Below, in pieces: positions 50,131-64,000 of a stretch of DNA of 64,000 bases. Within the stretch, counting starts at the first letter, position 1; every line of letters begins with the position of its first letter. Below the pieces are notes generated by a model. That model saw only the letters and a list, made by a program, of their open reading frames with translations, was not told the origin of the DNA and ran no database searches. The stretch spans positions 2,848,001-2,912,000 of the forward strand of contig CAWKMU010000003.1 of the NCBI GenBank assembly GCA_963850905.1, read 5' to 3'. Source of the DNA: an uncultured Gemmatimonadales bacterium (lineage in GTDB: Bacteria; Gemmatimonadota; Gemmatimonadetes; Gemmatimonadales; Gemmatimonadaceae). The position numbers were made by a program, and so were the translations under genes.

Positions 50131-51210
50131 GTGCCCGCGGACGACGGCGTATACATGCGCCGCGCACTGGACCTCGCCGGACAGGGGTGGGGCCACACGG
50201 CGCCGAACCCCCTGGTCGGCGCCGTGCTCGTTCGCGACGGTATCGTCGTAGGAGAGGGCTATCACGCTGCCTATGGCGGTGATCACGCCGAGGTAAATGC
50301 CCTCCGCGCCGCTGGCGCCCAGGCACGCGGAGCCACGGCGTACGTCACCCTCGAGCCGTGCACGCACACGGGACACACGCCTCCCTGCGTGGATGCGCTC
50401 ATCGCCGCGGGAGTGACTCGGGTCGTCATTGCAGTTCGAGATCCACATCCCGTTGCACGGGGCGGCGTCGAGCGCCTGAACGCCGCGGGCATCGAGACCG
50501 TCGTTGGCGTCGAGGGACCGCAGGCGCACGAGCTCAACGCGTCGTTCTTTTACGCCATCGCCTCCGACCGGCCGTGGGTGACGCTCAAGTTCGCGATATC
50601 CCTCGATGGCGCCGTCGCCGATCGCTCGGGCGCGCCGGATCGTCTCACCGGCGACCTGGCCAGGGCGGAGGTGCACCGACTGCGCGCCGGACACGACGCG
50701 ATCGCCATCGGCATCGAGACGGCGTTGATAGATGACCCCTGGCTGACCGTCCGCTACGTAGACACGCCGGGCACGCCGCCGGTCCGCGTCGTGTTTGACC
50801 GACACGCGCGCCTGCCATTCGACTCGCGGCTGATGCAGACCATTCGCGACGCTCCAGTGGTCATCGTCGCCTCCACGGCTGACAACGAGCGGGCCTCGCG
50901 CCTCGCCGCTGCCGGCGCCCGGGTACTGGTCGCGTCGACCATCGGCGACGCGCTCATACAGCTGCGGTCCGAGGGCGTTCGATCGCTGCTGCTCGAGGGC
51001 GGTCCTCGACTTGCCGGCAGCTTCCTCGCCGCGGCGGTGGTCAATCGGGTCGTTATCTTTCAGGCACCGGTCATCCTGGGTGCGGGAGCCAAGCTGGCCT
51101 TCGCGTTTGCGCCGCCAGCAGCCGTGTCGACGGCGCGGCATCTCCCGGTCATCGACCGACGCGCCGTCGGGGATGACATGATGACCGTGTACGCACTTTC
51201 TGACTCTTGA
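50131..51210 (+). CDS. ribD: Bifunctional riboflavin deaminase/reductase RibD
   Basis: PNPLVG, HAE, TLEPCTH.G.TPPC, SLDG, DDP.LT and EGG motifs. Confidence 0.95.
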   Translation: MPADDGVYMRRALDLAGQGWGHTAPNPLVGAVLVRDGIVVGEGYHAAYGGDHAEVNALRAAGAQARGATAYVTLEPCTHTGHTPPCVDALIAAGVTRVVIAVRDPHPVARGGVERLNAAGIETVVGVEGPQAHELNASFFYAIASDRPWVTLKFAISLDGAVADRSGAPDRLTGDLARAEVHRLRAGHDAIAIGIETALIDDPWLTVRYVDTPGTPPVRVVFDRHARLPFDSRLMQTIRDAPVVIVASTADNERASRLAAAGARVLVASTIGDALIQLRSEGVRSLLLEGGPRLAGSFLAAAVVNRVVIFQAPVILGAGAKLAFAFAPPAAVSTARHLPVIDRRAVGDDMMTVYALSDS

Positions 51211-51218
51211 CTCACCGG

Positions 51219-51821
51219 ATGTTTACAGGTCTCGTCGACGCGGTCGGAACGATCGAAACGGTGCTGGACTCGGCCGAGGGCCGCACGTTCCGCGTGCGCT
51301 GCCCATACACCGATCTCGTGCCGGGCGAGAGCATCGCCGTCCATGGAGTCTGTCTCACCGTACGCGAGTGCGGAGCTCGGTGGTTCACCGCCGCCGCGAT
51401 CGTGACCACGGTCGGCCGGACCGCCATGGCACAGTGGAGCGCGGGCAAGACCGTGAACCTCGAACGTGCGCTTCGTGTGGGTGACCGCATGGGTGGCCAC
51501 ATCGTGCAGGGCCACGTTGACGGACTCGGGCTGGTCCGCGCCGCGCGCCGCGAAGGGGATGCAACGTTGGTCGATATTGCCGCGCCCTCGGAGCTCGCGG
51601 ATCTGTTTGTGCCGCACGGTTCCGTCACAATCGATGGTGTCAGTCTCACGGTGAACGAGTTGCTCGCGTCCGATCAGCTGCAGGTCGCATTGATCGACTA
51701 CACGCTCCGACATACGACGCTCGGCACACTCTCCGTCGGCGACGACGTTCACATCGAGGCCGATGTCATCGGCAAGTACGTTCGGCGCCTGGCGGCGCCA
51801 TATCTCACTCCGGATCACTAA
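51219..51821 (+). CDS. ribE: Riboflavin synthase (alpha chain)
   Basis: MFTG start; [26 protein letters not shown] and [11 protein letters not shown] motifs. Confidence 0.95.
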   Translation: MFTGLVDAVGTIETVLDSAEGRTFRVRCPYTDLVPGESIAVHGVCLTVRECGARWFTAAAIVTTVGRTAMAQWSAGKTVNLERALRVGDRMGGHIVQGHVDGLGLVRAARREGDATLVDIAAPSELADLFVPHGSVTIDGVSLTVNELLASDQLQVALIDYTLRHTTLGTLSVGDDVHIEADVIGKYVRRLAAPYLTPDH

Positions 51822-51824
51822 TCC

Positions 51825-53030
51825 ATGCCATTCGGAACGATTGAGCAGGCAGTGGCGGACCTTCGCGCCGGCAAATTCATCGTTGTCGCCGATGACGAGG
51901 ATCGCGAGAACGAGGGAGATCTCATCTGCGCGGCGGAGTGCGTCACGCCGGCGATGGTGAATTTCATGCTCCGCGAGGCGCGCGGATTGATTTGCGTCGC
52001 CCTGACCGCCGAGCGCGCCAACGAGCTCGAGTTGCCGCCGCAAGTCGAGTCCAATACCGAAGGTCAGCAAACCGCATTCACGGTCACGGTCGACGCCGCG
52101 CCGCGGTTCGGGGTGACGACCGGCGTCAGCGCGGCGGATCGAGCGACGACGATCCAGATCGCGGCGAATCCGGCTCGGTCCGCGCGGGATCTCCGCCGCC
52201 CTGGTCATATATCGCCGCTGCGCGCACGCGATGGCGGGGTGCTCCGGCGCGTCGGCCACACCGAGGCGGCGGTCGATCTCGCGCGCCTCGCCAAGCAGTG
52301 GCCAGCCGGCGTGATCTGCGAGATCATGAACGAGGACGGCTCGATGGCCAAGCGCCCCGAGCTGGAGCGCTTCACGGCCGAGCACGGGCTCACGTTCATC
52401 ACCATCGCGCAGCTGGTCGCGTATCGCCTGCAGACGGAGCGGCTTGTACACCGGGTCGCCGAGGCCCGACTCCCGACGGAACACGGCGATTGGCGGATCG
52501 TCGGGTACCGCAACGACGTGGACACGCGTGAGCACGTGGCGCTTGTCTACGGCGAAGTGGCCGGCGACCAGCCCGTGCTCGTCCGGATGCATTCGAAGTG
52601 CCTGACGGGCGATGTCTTCCACTCCCAACGCTGTGACTGCGGCTGGCAGCTGCACCGGGCGATGGAGCTCATCGCGCAGACGGGGCGTGGCGTCGTCGTG
52701 TATCTGGATCAGGAAGGGCGCGGGATCGGCCTGCTCAACAAGCTCAAGGCCTACGCGCTGCAGGATCAAGGTGCCGACACGGTCGAAGCCAACGAGCGAC
52801 TCGGATTCAAGCCCGACCTCCGCGAGTATGGTATTGGCGCACAGATTCTCCTGGATCTCGGGCTCCGCTCCATTCGCGTCCTGACCAACAATCCGACGAA
52901 GCTGGTGGGACTCGAGGGATACGGACTGCGCATCGAGGACGGCGTGCGCCTCGAGGCACCTGCGACGGACGAGAACGCCGGGTATCTGCAGACGAAACGC
53001 GCGAAGCTCGGCCACTTGCTCGCCTCGTAG
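51825..53030 (+). CDS. ribBA: Bifunctional DHBP synthase/GTP cyclohydrolase II
   Basis: [37 protein letters not shown] and TNNP motifs. Confidence 0.96.
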   Translation: MPFGTIEQAVADLRAGKFIVVADDEDRENEGDLICAAECVTPAMVNFMLREARGLICVALTAERANELELPPQVESNTEGQQTAFTVTVDAAPRFGVTTGVSAADRATTIQIAANPARSARDLRRPGHISPLRARDGGVLRRVGHTEAAVDLARLAKQWPAGVICEIMNEDGSMAKRPELERFTAEHGLTFITIAQLVAYRLQTERLVHRVAEARLPTEHGDWRIVGYRNDVDTREHVALVYGEVAGDQPVLVRMHSKCLTGDVFHSQRCDCGWQLHRAMELIAQTGRGVVVYLDQEGRGIGLLNKLKAYALQDQGADTVEANERLGFKPDLREYGIGAQILLDLGLRSIRVLTNNPTKLVGLEGYGLRIEDGVRLEAPATDENAGYLQTKRAKLGHLLAS

Positions 53031-53045
53031 GACAGGGCTACGCGG

Positions 53046-53564
53046 GTGGCGGAATTTGCGGGGGTGCCGATCGGGACAGGGCGGCGGATCGCCGTGCTCG
53101 TGAGTCGCTTCAACGAGGCGATCACGGAGCGGCTGGAGCGCGGCGCGACGGATGCGCTGCTCCGTGCGGGGGTCGCCGAGGCCGATCTGGATATCATCCG
53201 GGTACCCGGCGCGTGGGAGCTGCCGACGGCCGCGCGGGCGGCGCTGGCGACCGAGCGCTACGACGCGCTGGTGGCGCTGGGCGCGGTGATCCGCGGCGAG
53301 ACCCCTCATTTCGACTACGTCGCGTCCGCCGCGGCCGACGGCCTGGCCGCGGCCGCGGCGGACTACGATGTGCCGATCGGCTTCGGCCTGCTCACGTGCG
53401 ACACGGTCGCGCAGGCGGAAGCGCGGGCGGGCGGTACGCATGGCAACAAGGGTGTCGACGCCGTGCTCGCGGCACTCGAGATGGTCGACTTGATTGCGCG
53501 CTTGGACGTCGAGATCGACGACCGCCGCGCCGGCGCACGGGTCAGCGCATCGCGCGGCGCGTGA
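53046..53564 (+). CDS. ribH: 6,7-dimethyl-8-ribityllumazine synthase
   Basis: SRFN, VPGAWELP, GAVIRGETPHFDYV and GNKG motifs. Confidence 0.96.
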   Translation: MAEFAGVPIGTGRRIAVLVSRFNEAITERLERGATDALLRAGVAEADLDIIRVPGAWELPTAARAALATERYDALVALGAVIRGETPHFDYVASAAADGLAAAAADYDVPIGFGLLTCDTVAQAEARAGGTHGNKGVDAVLAALEMVDLIARLDVEIDDRRAGARVSASRGA

Positions 53565-54046
53565 TCGCATCTCGCCGCGCTGAGCCCCGGCTCGAGACCC
53601 GAGCTCGCGCCCGCGCGCTGCAAGCACTCTACGCGTGGGATGTCCGCGCCAGCGCAGGCAAACCGGACGCGCGAGCGCGACGCTCCGCGGCCACGGGTGA
53701 CGGTGCCGTCCTCACCCAGGTGGCCAACCAGGTGTGGGACGATCTCGCGGTGGCGCCCGAAGAGCGACGAGTGGCGAGTCGACTGGTCGGTGAGGTTGCC
53801 GAGAACCTGCCGCAGCTCGATCAGGAGCTGGCCGATGCCGCGACGAACTGGCGCATCGCCCGCATGGCGGTGGTCGATCGTTGCGTCCTGCGGCTCGCAG
53901 CAGCCGAGCTGCTGCAGGGGTCGACGCCGGCCCGGGTCGTGATCTCGGAAGCCGTCCACCTGGCGGAGCGCTTCGGCACCAGTCAGAGCGCGCACTTCGT
54001 CAATGGCGTGCTCGATGCCGTGGCTCGACGCATGGACCGGTTGTAA
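53561..54046 (+). CDS. nusB: Transcription antitermination factor NusB
   Basis: RARARALQALY, NW...R...VDR..LR, VISEAV.LA.RFG and FVNGVLD motifs; follows ribH. Confidence 0.93.
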   Translation: MIASRRAEPRLETRARARALQALYAWDVRASAGKPDARARRSAATGDGAVLTQVANQVWDDLAVAPEERRVASRLVGEVAENLPQLDQELADAATNWRIARMAVVDRCVLRLAAAELLQGSTPARVVISEAVHLAERFGTSQSAHFVNGVLDAVARRMDRL

Positions 54047-54049
54047 GCG

Positions 54050-55173
54050 GTGCGCATCCTCATCGTCAACTGGCAAGATCGAGAGAACCCGCAAGCTGGC
54101 GGAGCGGAGACCCACCTCCACGAGATCTTCGGCCGCCTGGCACGCCGTGGCCACCACGTCTCGCTGCTGTGCGGTGGCTGGCCGGGAGCCCGCCGACCGC
54201 GCGCATCGATGGGATCGATGTCCGGCGAGTTGGGACGCGATACACGTTCCCGCTCCTGGCGAGGCGTGCGTATGAGCGCTACCTGGCGCATACGCCTTTC
54301 GACGTCCTCGTCGAGGACTTGAACAAGGTGCCCCTGCTGACTCCACGGTGGGTCCACCCAGCGCCGACTCCACGCATCGTCGGTCTCGTGCACCACTTGT
54401 TCGGTGCCACGGCATTCTCCGCGTTCGCTTTGCCGCTGGCGACTGCCGTGTGGCTCGGGGAACGACCGCTGGGACGCGCGTACCACGACGTGCAGTTCGA
54501 GGCCGTGAGTAACGGGACGGCGGACGACCTCGTTGCTCGCGGCATCGCTCGCTCCCAGATCAAGGTGATCTATCAGGGAGTCGACACCTCCGCGTACACG
54601 CCCGATCCCGCTGCGCGATCAGCAACCCCGCTGTTCGCGTACCTCGGCCGTCTCAAGCGTTACAAAGGCGTGCAGCACGTCATTGCCGCGTTCGCGCGGC
54701 TCAACCTGCCGGAGGCGCGGCTGGCGATCGCCGGGGCGGGCGACTACCGGCCAGGCCTCGAGGCGCAGGTCCGTTCGCTTGACCTGCGTGACCGGGTTCA
54801 GTTTCTTGGACGCGTGTCCGAAGCGGACAAGTTGACGCTGCTCCGCCAGGCGTGGGCGCTGACGTTCGCGTCGCCCAAGGAAGGGTGGGGTATTACCAAC
54901 CTCGAAGCCGCGGCGTGCGGCACACCGGTCGTCGCCTCGAATTCGCCGGGCATCCGCGAGTCGGTGCTCGACGGAAAAACGGGCTTTCTCGTGCCCCACG
55001 CCGATATTGTGGCATTTGCCGCCGCATTGGATCGGTTCGGTCGGAACCCCGCTCTCGTGGCTTCCATGGGAGCCGCGGGCCGGACCTTTGCCGAGTCGCT
55101 GACGTGGGACCGCGCCGCCTGCGAAACCGAGACCCATCTGCGCTCGCTCATCGGCTGTCGGACTGACGCATGA
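54050..55173 (+). CDS. Glycosyltransferase family 4 protein (frameshift near 54186)
   Basis: RILIVNWQDRENPQAGGAE N-terminus, then YLGRLKRYKG and EGWGITNLEAAACGTPVV (EX7E) motifs. Confidence 0.87.
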
Positions 55174-56238
55174 CCGCACCATCTGACCGCACACCAAGCA
55201 GCACCGATGGCGGCGGCGAGCGCCCGCGGGGACCGGGCGCGCCACCGACGCTCAGCGTCGGTGCGCTTCTGGACCTTCTGCGCGACACGCTCTCCCTCGA
55301 ACACCTCCGCCCACCGGGCGGCGACGCCGACAAGGGTCTGGAGCGAGTCGTCAGCAGCCCGGAGATCTCGAGCCCGGGGCTCGTCCTCGCGGGTTACGTC
55401 GATCGGTTCGTCGGCCAGCGCCTCCAGGTGCTCGGTGAGACCGAGGTGACCTACCTGAACTCCCTCGCTCCGGCGGATCGTGAGCGCGTACTCCGCCAGT
55501 TCCTCCGGTTCGACGTCCCCGCGCTGTTTGTGACCAAGGGGCAGGATCTGCCGCCCGGGCTTGCCGAGCAGGCCGCTGCCGCCGGCGTGGCCATCCTGCG
55601 GTCGCCGCTCAAGACCAATGAATTCTATCGGCGCGTGAAGCCGGTCCTGGAGGATCAGTTCGCGCTGCGCACGACCATGCACGGGTCCCTCGCCGACGTC
55701 TTCGGCGTCGGCTTGCTCTTCACTGGCAAGAGCGGGATCGGCAAGTCCGAATGTGTGCTCGATCTGGTCGAGCGTGGGCACCGGCTCGTAGCGGACGACC
55801 TCGTTGTCGTGACGCGTCGAGGAACCGACGTGCTCATGGGACGCGGGCACGAGCTGCAACGGCACTTTATGGAAGTGCGAGGGATCGGTCTCGATCGATA
55901 TCCGCGCGATTTTCGGCGTCCGCGCCGTCCGCCAACAAAAGCGGATTGAAGTGGTGGTCCACCTCGAGGAGTGGGACCACGATGCCGTTGTCGAGCGTAC
56001 GGGGCTGGATGGGGTGACGGTGTCCATTCTGGACATACCGGTGCCCAAGATCACCGTCCCGCTCAATCCCGGTAAGAACATCACCGTCGTCGCCGAGGTG
56101 ATCGCGATGAACCATTTGCTCCGCTACAGCGGTATCGACCCCGCCGAGCAGTTCAACGAGCGGCTGATCGAGCACATGAGTCGTGCCCGGGTGCAGCGCG
56201 CTTTGGTGAAGCAATATCTCCGAGAAGACGATGAGTGA
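55170..56238 (+). CDS. hprK: HPr kinase/phosphorylase (+1 frameshift near 55893)
   Basis: PGL.LAG, RLQVLG.TE, HG, GKSGIGKSE, LVADD and EVRGIG; continues ...IFG...KRIE...PGKN..VAE. Confidence 0.94.
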
Positions 56239-56653
56239 CGTAGAGGAGCCGCTCGTGCCGCGGGCACTGGTCGCCGGTCACGGCGAATTCGCCGTCGGGA
56301 TTGTCTCGGCCGTGGACCAGATCACGGGTCGGGGCGGCGTGCTCGTCGCATTGTCAAATCGCAATCTCGGTGGGGAGGAGATCGTTCGGACCCTGCGCGA
56401 CGCCCTGGCCCAAGCGGGAGCGCAGGTGATCTTCACCGATCTGCCGGCAGGAAGCTGGACGATAGCCGCGCGGCGCGTGCAACGGGAACGCCCTGACCTC
56501 GTGGTGGTGACCGGCGCGAACCTGCCCGCCCTGCTCGATTTCGTATTCCAGACGGACTGCGCGTCGCAGATCGCGGCGCGTCATTCGGCCGACAAGGGGC
56601 GGGGCGCACTGGCGGTGCTCGGTGGGAGCGCGGGGAGTGGCGGTGCCGATTGA
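56231..56653 (+). CDS. PTS mannose/fructose family EIIA
   Basis: LVAGHGEFA (phospho-His), TDLPAGS and TGANLP motifs. Confidence 0.85.
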   Translation: MSDVEEPLVPRALVAGHGEFAVGIVSAVDQITGRGGVLVALSNRNLGGEEIVRTLRDALAQAGAQVIFTDLPAGSWTIAARRVQRERPDLVVVTGANLPALLDFVFQTDCASQIAARHSADKGRGALAVLGGSAGSGGAD

Positions 56654-57134
56654 CTTGTGTCGCATCGACGACCGCTTGATCCATGGCCAAGTCGTTGTCG
56701 GGTGGGGACAGCCACTCGATATCGGGTTCATCGTGCTCGTGGATGATGAGGTTGCCGCATCCGAGTGGGAGCAGGAGCTCTACCAGCTCGGCGTCCCCCC
56801 GGGCATGGATGTGTACTTCCAGACGGTCGACGAGGCCGCCGACGCGTTTGCGCGTTTCGCCGCCGATCGCCGCGTGGGCATCGTGCTGACCAAGGACATC
56901 GAGACGATGCAGCGCCTCGCCGCCCGTGTCCCGGCGATTCAGGGCATCAACGTCGGAGGCCTCCACTATCGCGCGGGGCGCGTGCAGAAGCTGCGGTACG
57001 TGTTTCTGGCGCCCGATGAGGAAGGCGCCCTCCGCGCGCTGGCCGATCGCGGGATTACGATCACCGCGCAAGACGTGCCCGCCGCGCGCGCGATCCCGAT
57101 CGCCGACCTGCTGGCAGGCCGCAGCGATCGATGA
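56643..57134 (+). CDS. PTS mannose/sorbose family EIIB
   Basis: RIDDRLIHGQV (phospho-His) and INVGG motifs. Confidence 0.92.
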   Translation: MPIDLCRIDDRLIHGQVVVGWGQPLDIGFIVLVDDEVAASEWEQELYQLGVPPGMDVYFQTVDEAADAFARFAADRRVGIVLTKDIETMQRLAARVPAIQGINVGGLHYRAGRVQKLRYVFLAPDEEGALRALADRGITITAQDVPAARAIPIADLLAGRSDR

Positions 57135-57829
57135 CCGACACGCTGACGCCCATTCTGGCGCTCTTCCCCTTCGTGCTCCTGGGCGCGATCTGCGGGCTTG
57201 ACGTCGTGAGTTTCCCGCAGGCCATGATGTCACGCCCAATCGTGGCCGCGACGGCGGCTGGGGCACTGGCAGGCAGCGCAAGCATGGGCCTTCTGACCGG
57301 GGTCGCCGTCGAGCTGATTGCGCTCGAGACCCTGCCAGTCGGGGCGTCGCGATACCCGGAGTGGGGTTCCGCTTCCGTCGTCGCCGGCGCGCTCGCAGGC
57401 GGCTCCCCCGGGCAAAGTCCGGCCATTCTGCCCGTCGCCATGCTCGCCGCGCTCGGGACGGCGTGGGTCGGCGGGTGGACGATGATTGCGCTGCGCCGCT
57501 GGAACGCGGCCAGGGCACGTACGCACGTTCAGACGCTCGACGCGGGAGCCGCCTCCACGATCGTCGGCCTACAGCTATGGGGGCTGACGGCAGATTTCGC
57601 GCGCGCGGGTGCGCTCACGCTGGTCGCGCTCGTCGCCCTTCGTCCCCTGGCGCTCGCCGTCGCGCAGCGCTGGACGCTCGACCCGAGGACGTCGCGCGCC
57701 ATCGTCGTGGGTATCGCGGCGCCCGTCGCGGTCGCCGCGGTATGGAAGGTGTTTCACACCACGCCGGGCACGCGCTGGCTCTTCGCGTGCGGGCTCGCGG
57801 TCGGTATCGCCCTCCTCGTGTGGCTGTGA
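57131..57829 (+). CDS. PTS mannose family EIIC
   Basis: LD...Q.M.SRPIV and G...ELI.L...PVG...P motifs; multi-TM. Confidence 0.85.
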   Translation: MTDTLTPILALFPFVLLGAICGLDVVSFPQAMMSRPIVAATAAGALAGSASMGLLTGVAVELIALETLPVGASRYPEWGSASVVAGALAGGSPGQSPAILPVAMLAALGTAWVGGWTMIALRRWNAARARTHVQTLDAGAASTIVGLQLWGLTADFARAGALTLVALVALRPLALAVAQRWTLDPRTSRAIVVGIAAPVAVAAVWKVFHTTPGTRWLFACGLAVGIALLVWL

Positions 57830-57837
57830 GCCTGCCG

Positions 57838-58650
57838 ATGTCCGGAACCGTGACGCAGCGTAGCAGCCCGACGGCTCCCACCGCGGAGCCTCCCGTGGGC
57901 GTCGTTACGCGCATGAGCATCTTCACGCGGCTGTTCGCGATTCAGGCATCGTGGAACTATGAGCTGTTGATGGGGACGGGCATCGGGTTTTGCGTCGAGC
58001 CGGCGTTGCGCCACCTACCCGGTGGGCCCAACGGGCGAGAGTACCATGAGGCCCTTGCTCGCGAGTCCAAATACTTCAACGCGCACCCGTACCTCGCCGC
58101 CGTGGCGGTAGGCGCACTGTCGCGCGCCGAGCTGGATCACGTCCCTGGTGCCCGGATTGAACGGTTTCGGACGGCGCTATGCGGCCCTCTGGGGAGCGTC
58201 GGCGACCGCCTCATCTGGGCGGGTTGGCTGCCCGTCTGCTCGCTGGCCGCACTGGCTGCATACGGGCTGGGTGCACACGCCGTGGCGGTCCTCGCCATCT
58301 TCCTCGGCGCGTATAATGTGGTGCAGGTCGGGCTGCGCGCGTGGGGCATACATGCGGGTTGGACCCACAGCTTGCGCGTGGCGCCCGCACTGAGTGGGCG
58401 ATTGTTTCGGAGTGGTCCCGCGTACCTGGCGCGCATCGGCGCGATGCTCGCCGGCATCGCATTGCCCGTCGCCCTGGGTCGCGCGATTGGACCCGGAGTC
58501 GGTCGAGGTCCGGTTGTGGGCGTCGTGATCGCCACGGCGCTCGGGAGCACGTTGCTGGTTCGCATGCACGGCCGCACTGAGGGCTGGCGCGTCGCGCTCG
58601 GTCTCTTGGCGGCCTTCGTTCTCTTTGCGGCGGTGATTCGGCATGGCTGA
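57838..58650 (+). CDS. PTS mannose family EIID
   Basis: IQASWNYE.LMG.G, YFNAHPY and GPLGSVGD.L.W motifs. Start is GTG 57826 or ATG 57838. Confidence 0.9.
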   Translation: MSGTVTQRSSPTAPTAEPPVGVVTRMSIFTRLFAIQASWNYELLMGTGIGFCVEPALRHLPGGPNGREYHEALARESKYFNAHPYLAAVAVGALSRAELDHVPGARIERFRTALCGPLGSVGDRLIWAGWLPVCSLAALAAYGLGAHAVAVLAIFLGAYNVVQVGLRAWGIHAGWTHSLRVAPALSGRLFRSGPAYLARIGAMLAGIALPVALGRAIGPGVGRGPVVGVVIATALGSTLLVRMHGRTEGWRVALGLLAAFVLFAAVIRHG

Positions 58651-58910
58651 GCGCACGGTCACGATTGTGAACAAGAACGGCCTTCACGCGCGGCCGGCCG
58701 CGGAAATCGTCAAGGCCGCCGCCAAGTTCGCGAGCGACATCGTGATTCTCCGCGACGACCTGGAGGTCAATGGCAAGAGCATCATGGGGGTGCTCATGCT
58801 CGCGGCAGAATGCGGCTCCTCGATTACACTCCGGGCGTCGGGCCCGGATGAGGTCGCCGCAGTCGATACGCTCGCGGCGCTCATCACCGACGAAGTTCGG
58901 GGAGAAGTAG
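58643..58910 (+). CDS. ptsH: Phosphocarrier protein HPr (+1 frameshift near 58892)
   Basis: GLHARPA (His15) and NGKSIMGV (Ser46). Removing one base gives ...LITDKFGEK* at TAG 58908-58910. Confidence 0.93.
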
Positions 58911-58917
58911 CGCACAC

Positions 58918-60685
58918 ATGGACGCGCTCTTCAAGGGAGTGCCGGCGTCGCCCGGGATCGTCGTCGGGCCCGTGCACCTGCTCCGATGGGAGCTGCCGGA
59001 CGTGCGGCATCGCGTCATCGCCGATGAGGCCATCCTTGAGGAGATCGCCCGGTTCCACGCCGCGATGGAGCAGGCCAAGGAACGACTACGGCATGTCCGC
59101 GCACGCGCGGAGCTGTCCGCCGGCCCGGAAGAAGCGGCGATTTTCGATGCCCAGCTCCTCGTCCTCGAAGATGACATGCTGATCACCGAGGTCGAGTGCA
59201 ACATCCGTCAGAACTATGCCGCGGAAAAGGCGTTCGACCTCGTGATGCTCGAGCATCGGCAACAGTTCGCCCGTCACTCGCAGGCACTGCTCCGTGAACG
59301 CGCCGACGATTTGACCGATGTGCACATTCGCGTGCTGACTCTTGCTCATGGGCCTGCCGGACCACGATCCCGTGGATGTCCCCAAGGGCAGCAACGCGAT
59401 TCTCGTTACACACGACCTGACACCGAGCATCACCGTCCAATTGGATCGCGACGCGATCATTGGCATCGCGACCGATGCGGGGACGCGCACGTCGCACGTC
59501 GCGATTCTCGCCCGTTCCCTCGGCCTGCCGGCAGTTCTGGGTCTGCGTGATGCGACGAGCCGGCTCACCGGCAACGAGCGCGTCGTGCTCGATGGCGCGG
59601 CTGGCGTGCTCGCCGTCAATCCGACCGAGCCTGAAGTCGAGCAGTACCGCTGGCAGGCTCGACGCGAAGCCGAAATCGAGGCCGATGTCCGGCAGTTCGC
59701 CGTCGCGGAGCCGATCACGAAGGACGGTGTCCGCGTGACCGTCTACGCGAACGTCGACCTTCCGGAGGAGGCGGAGAAAGCCGCGCAGAGTGGCGCTGAG
59801 GGCGTCGGACTCATGCGCACCGAGTTCCTGATGGTCGGGCGCACCACCATGCCCGACGAGGACGAGCAATATCGAGCGTATGCCAGAGTCGTGCAGGCAT
59901 TCCATCCGCGGCCGGTCGTGATCCGCACTTTCGATCTCGGAGGTGACAAGCTGCCAGCGAGCGGGTATCCGACCGAAGCCAATCCGTTTCTGGGCTGGCG
60001 AGCGATTCGCATGTGCCTCGACGAGCCGGAGATGTTCAAGGTTCAGCTGCGCGCCCTGTTGCGAGCCGGGACGCAGGGCGACCTCCGGATCATGTTGCCG
60101 CTCGTCGTGAGCCTGGACGAGGTCCGCCAGGCGCGCACGCTCCTGGAGGAGGCAGCGGCCGAATTGACGGCGCGCGGCATTCCATTCCGCTCCGATCTAC
60201 CGCTTGGTGTGATGGTCGAGACCCCCGCAGCGGCGCTCGTGGCAAAGAGCTTCGGCAAGGACGTGAGCTTCTTCAGCATCGGCACCAATGATCTGGTGCA
60301 ATACACCCTGGCCGTCGATCGCGGGAACGCCAATCTCGCGTCGCGTTTCACACCACTACACCCATCGGTGCTGCGTCTCATCCGCATGATCTGCGACGCC
60401 GCCAAAACAGCTGGCCACGATGTGAGCGTGTGCGGCGAGATGGCGTCCGACCCGCTCATGGCGTTTGCGCTGATCGGCCTCGGACTGCGAGTGCTCAGCG
60501 TCGCGCCACGGTCGGTAGCCCTCGTGAAGCGCGTCATCCGCGGTATCACCCAGAAGGTCGCGGCGCAAGCCGCTCGCGAGGCACTGGAGGCCCCGACCGC
60601 CGCGATGGCGGAACAGGAGATCCGGCGACGGCTGGTGGCCGCGCTCGGCGAATCTCCACTCCGTGGGTTGCCCGGCCTCGCGTAG
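58918..60685 (+). CDS. ptsI: PEP-protein phosphotransferase enzyme I (+1 frameshift near 59341)
   Basis: G.PASPG.V.G, RTSHVAILARS (phospho-His), GVGLMRTEF, IRTFDLGGDK, EANPFLGWRAIR, SIGTNDL and VCGEMA motifs. Confidence 0.94.
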
Positions 60686-60696
60686 CCGGGTAAGAT
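60668..60696 (+). promoter_or_regulatory. Sigma70-type promoter immediately before metK
   Basis: TTGCCC (60668-60673), 17 bp, TAAGAT (60691-60696); ATG at 60706. Confidence 0.5.
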
Positions 60697-60705
60697 CCCG
60701 ATACC

Positions 60706-63387
<2,682 letters not shown>

Positions 63388-63438
63388 CGAGCCGGCGCGC
63401 GGAGCGATCCGGCGTAGGCGCGCGAGGCGTCACTGTCT

Positions 63439-63957
63439 ATGGTTGAAGTCATCGTTGAGAAGCTGGGGCTCGACAGTTCGACGAACAGCCATGTTGTGAT
63501 CCTCCGCGAGAAAGGGGGCACACGCATCCTGCCCATCTGGATCGGCCAGCCCGAGGCGGATTCGATCGTCATGGAGATGAAGAGCATCCGCCGCGAGCGT
63601 CCCCTCACGCATGACTTGTGCAAGAGCCTGATCATGGGGCTCGGCGGCACCTTGCGACGCGTGCAGATCACCAAGGTCCAGAAGAGCACGTATTACGCCG
63701 AGCTCCACGTGGTCCGCGCGGACGGCGTCGTCCAGATCGACGCTCGGCCGTCCGACAGCATCGCGATTGCGCTCCGAATGGCCGCGCCCATCTTCGCGCC
63801 AGAGGCGCTCCTCACCAAGATCGAGGAAGAGGAGGCGGCGGACGACTTTTCGTCGCCGGCTCCGGGTGGCCTCACACCCGAGGAGTTGACCTCCGATCAA
63901 CTGAAGGCGTACCTCGAGACCCTGCGGCCCGAGGACTTCGGGAAATTCAATCTCTGA
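63439..63957 (+). CDS. Bifunctional nuclease family (DUF151) protein
   Basis: LPIWIG..EA, RPLTHDL and IDARPSDSIAIAL motifs; C-terminal L..L.PEDFGK. Confidence 0.92.
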   Translation: MVEVIVEKLGLDSSTNSHVVILREKGGTRILPIWIGQPEADSIVMEMKSIRRERPLTHDLCKSLIMGLGGTLRRVQITKVQKSTYYAELHVVRADGVVQIDARPSDSIAIALRMAAPIFAPEALLTKIEEEEAADDFSSPAPGGLTPEELTSDQLKAYLETLRPEDFGKFNL

Positions 63958-64000
63958 CTCGCGGCGGGGTCGCCGTCGGCATTCACACCGGTTGATGTGC

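Noticed and set aside
51060..53627. 855-aa minus-strand ORF and many similar long antisense or alternate-frame ORFs
   Set aside because: These are shadow ORFs expected in high-GC DNA opposite well-conserved genes (here the rib operon). They are Arg/Pro/Ala-rich and lack motifs.
58643..59182. HPr with a 90-aa C-terminal extension
   Set aside because: A single extra base hides the normal KFGEK* end at 58910, and the extension overlaps ptsI out of frame.

Overview
This is high-GC bacterial chromosomal DNA; gene content and order suggest Gemmatimonadota (inference, not a search result). It is almost entirely core genome on the + strand. In order: the tail of a Che-like chemosensory cluster (DUF4388/MshEN/TPR protein, cheR, cheD, cheB, two cheW, a TPR protein, a zinc peptidase); a small membrane protein and tRNA-Val(TAC); a secreted TPR protein where mraZ normally sits; the dcw cluster (rsmH-ftsL-ftsI-murE-murF-mraY-murD-ftsW-murG-murC-ftsQ-ftsA-ftsZ) plus an M23 peptidase; a vWA membrane protein, ftsY and recG; a REP-like inverted element; a minus-strand sensor kinase and lipoprotein; asnS and mazG. 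A long run follows: alr, lipoprotein, outer-membrane barrel, REC-HK, miaB, ComFB-like, fbp, methylmalonyl-CoA mutase, FmdB, argS, pfkB, purM, ribD/E/BA/H, nusB, GT4, hprK, a complete mannose-family PTS, metK, ahcY and DUF151. About 23 single-base frameshifts, nearly all +1 and many in essential genes, are best read as sequencing errors; they create false fusions such as FtsZ-M23 and CheW-CheW. I saw no phage, IS, CRISPR or defence system. The most interesting signals are inverted heptamer arrays filling the ftsL-ftsI gap, a GTAG-REP doublet flanked by heptamers, a perfect DnaA box upstream of ftsZ, repeated -10 boxes 5-7 nt before start codons (leaderless genes), and two candidate cyclic-dinucleotide receptors (MshEN in the Che cluster, ComFB coupled to fbp).
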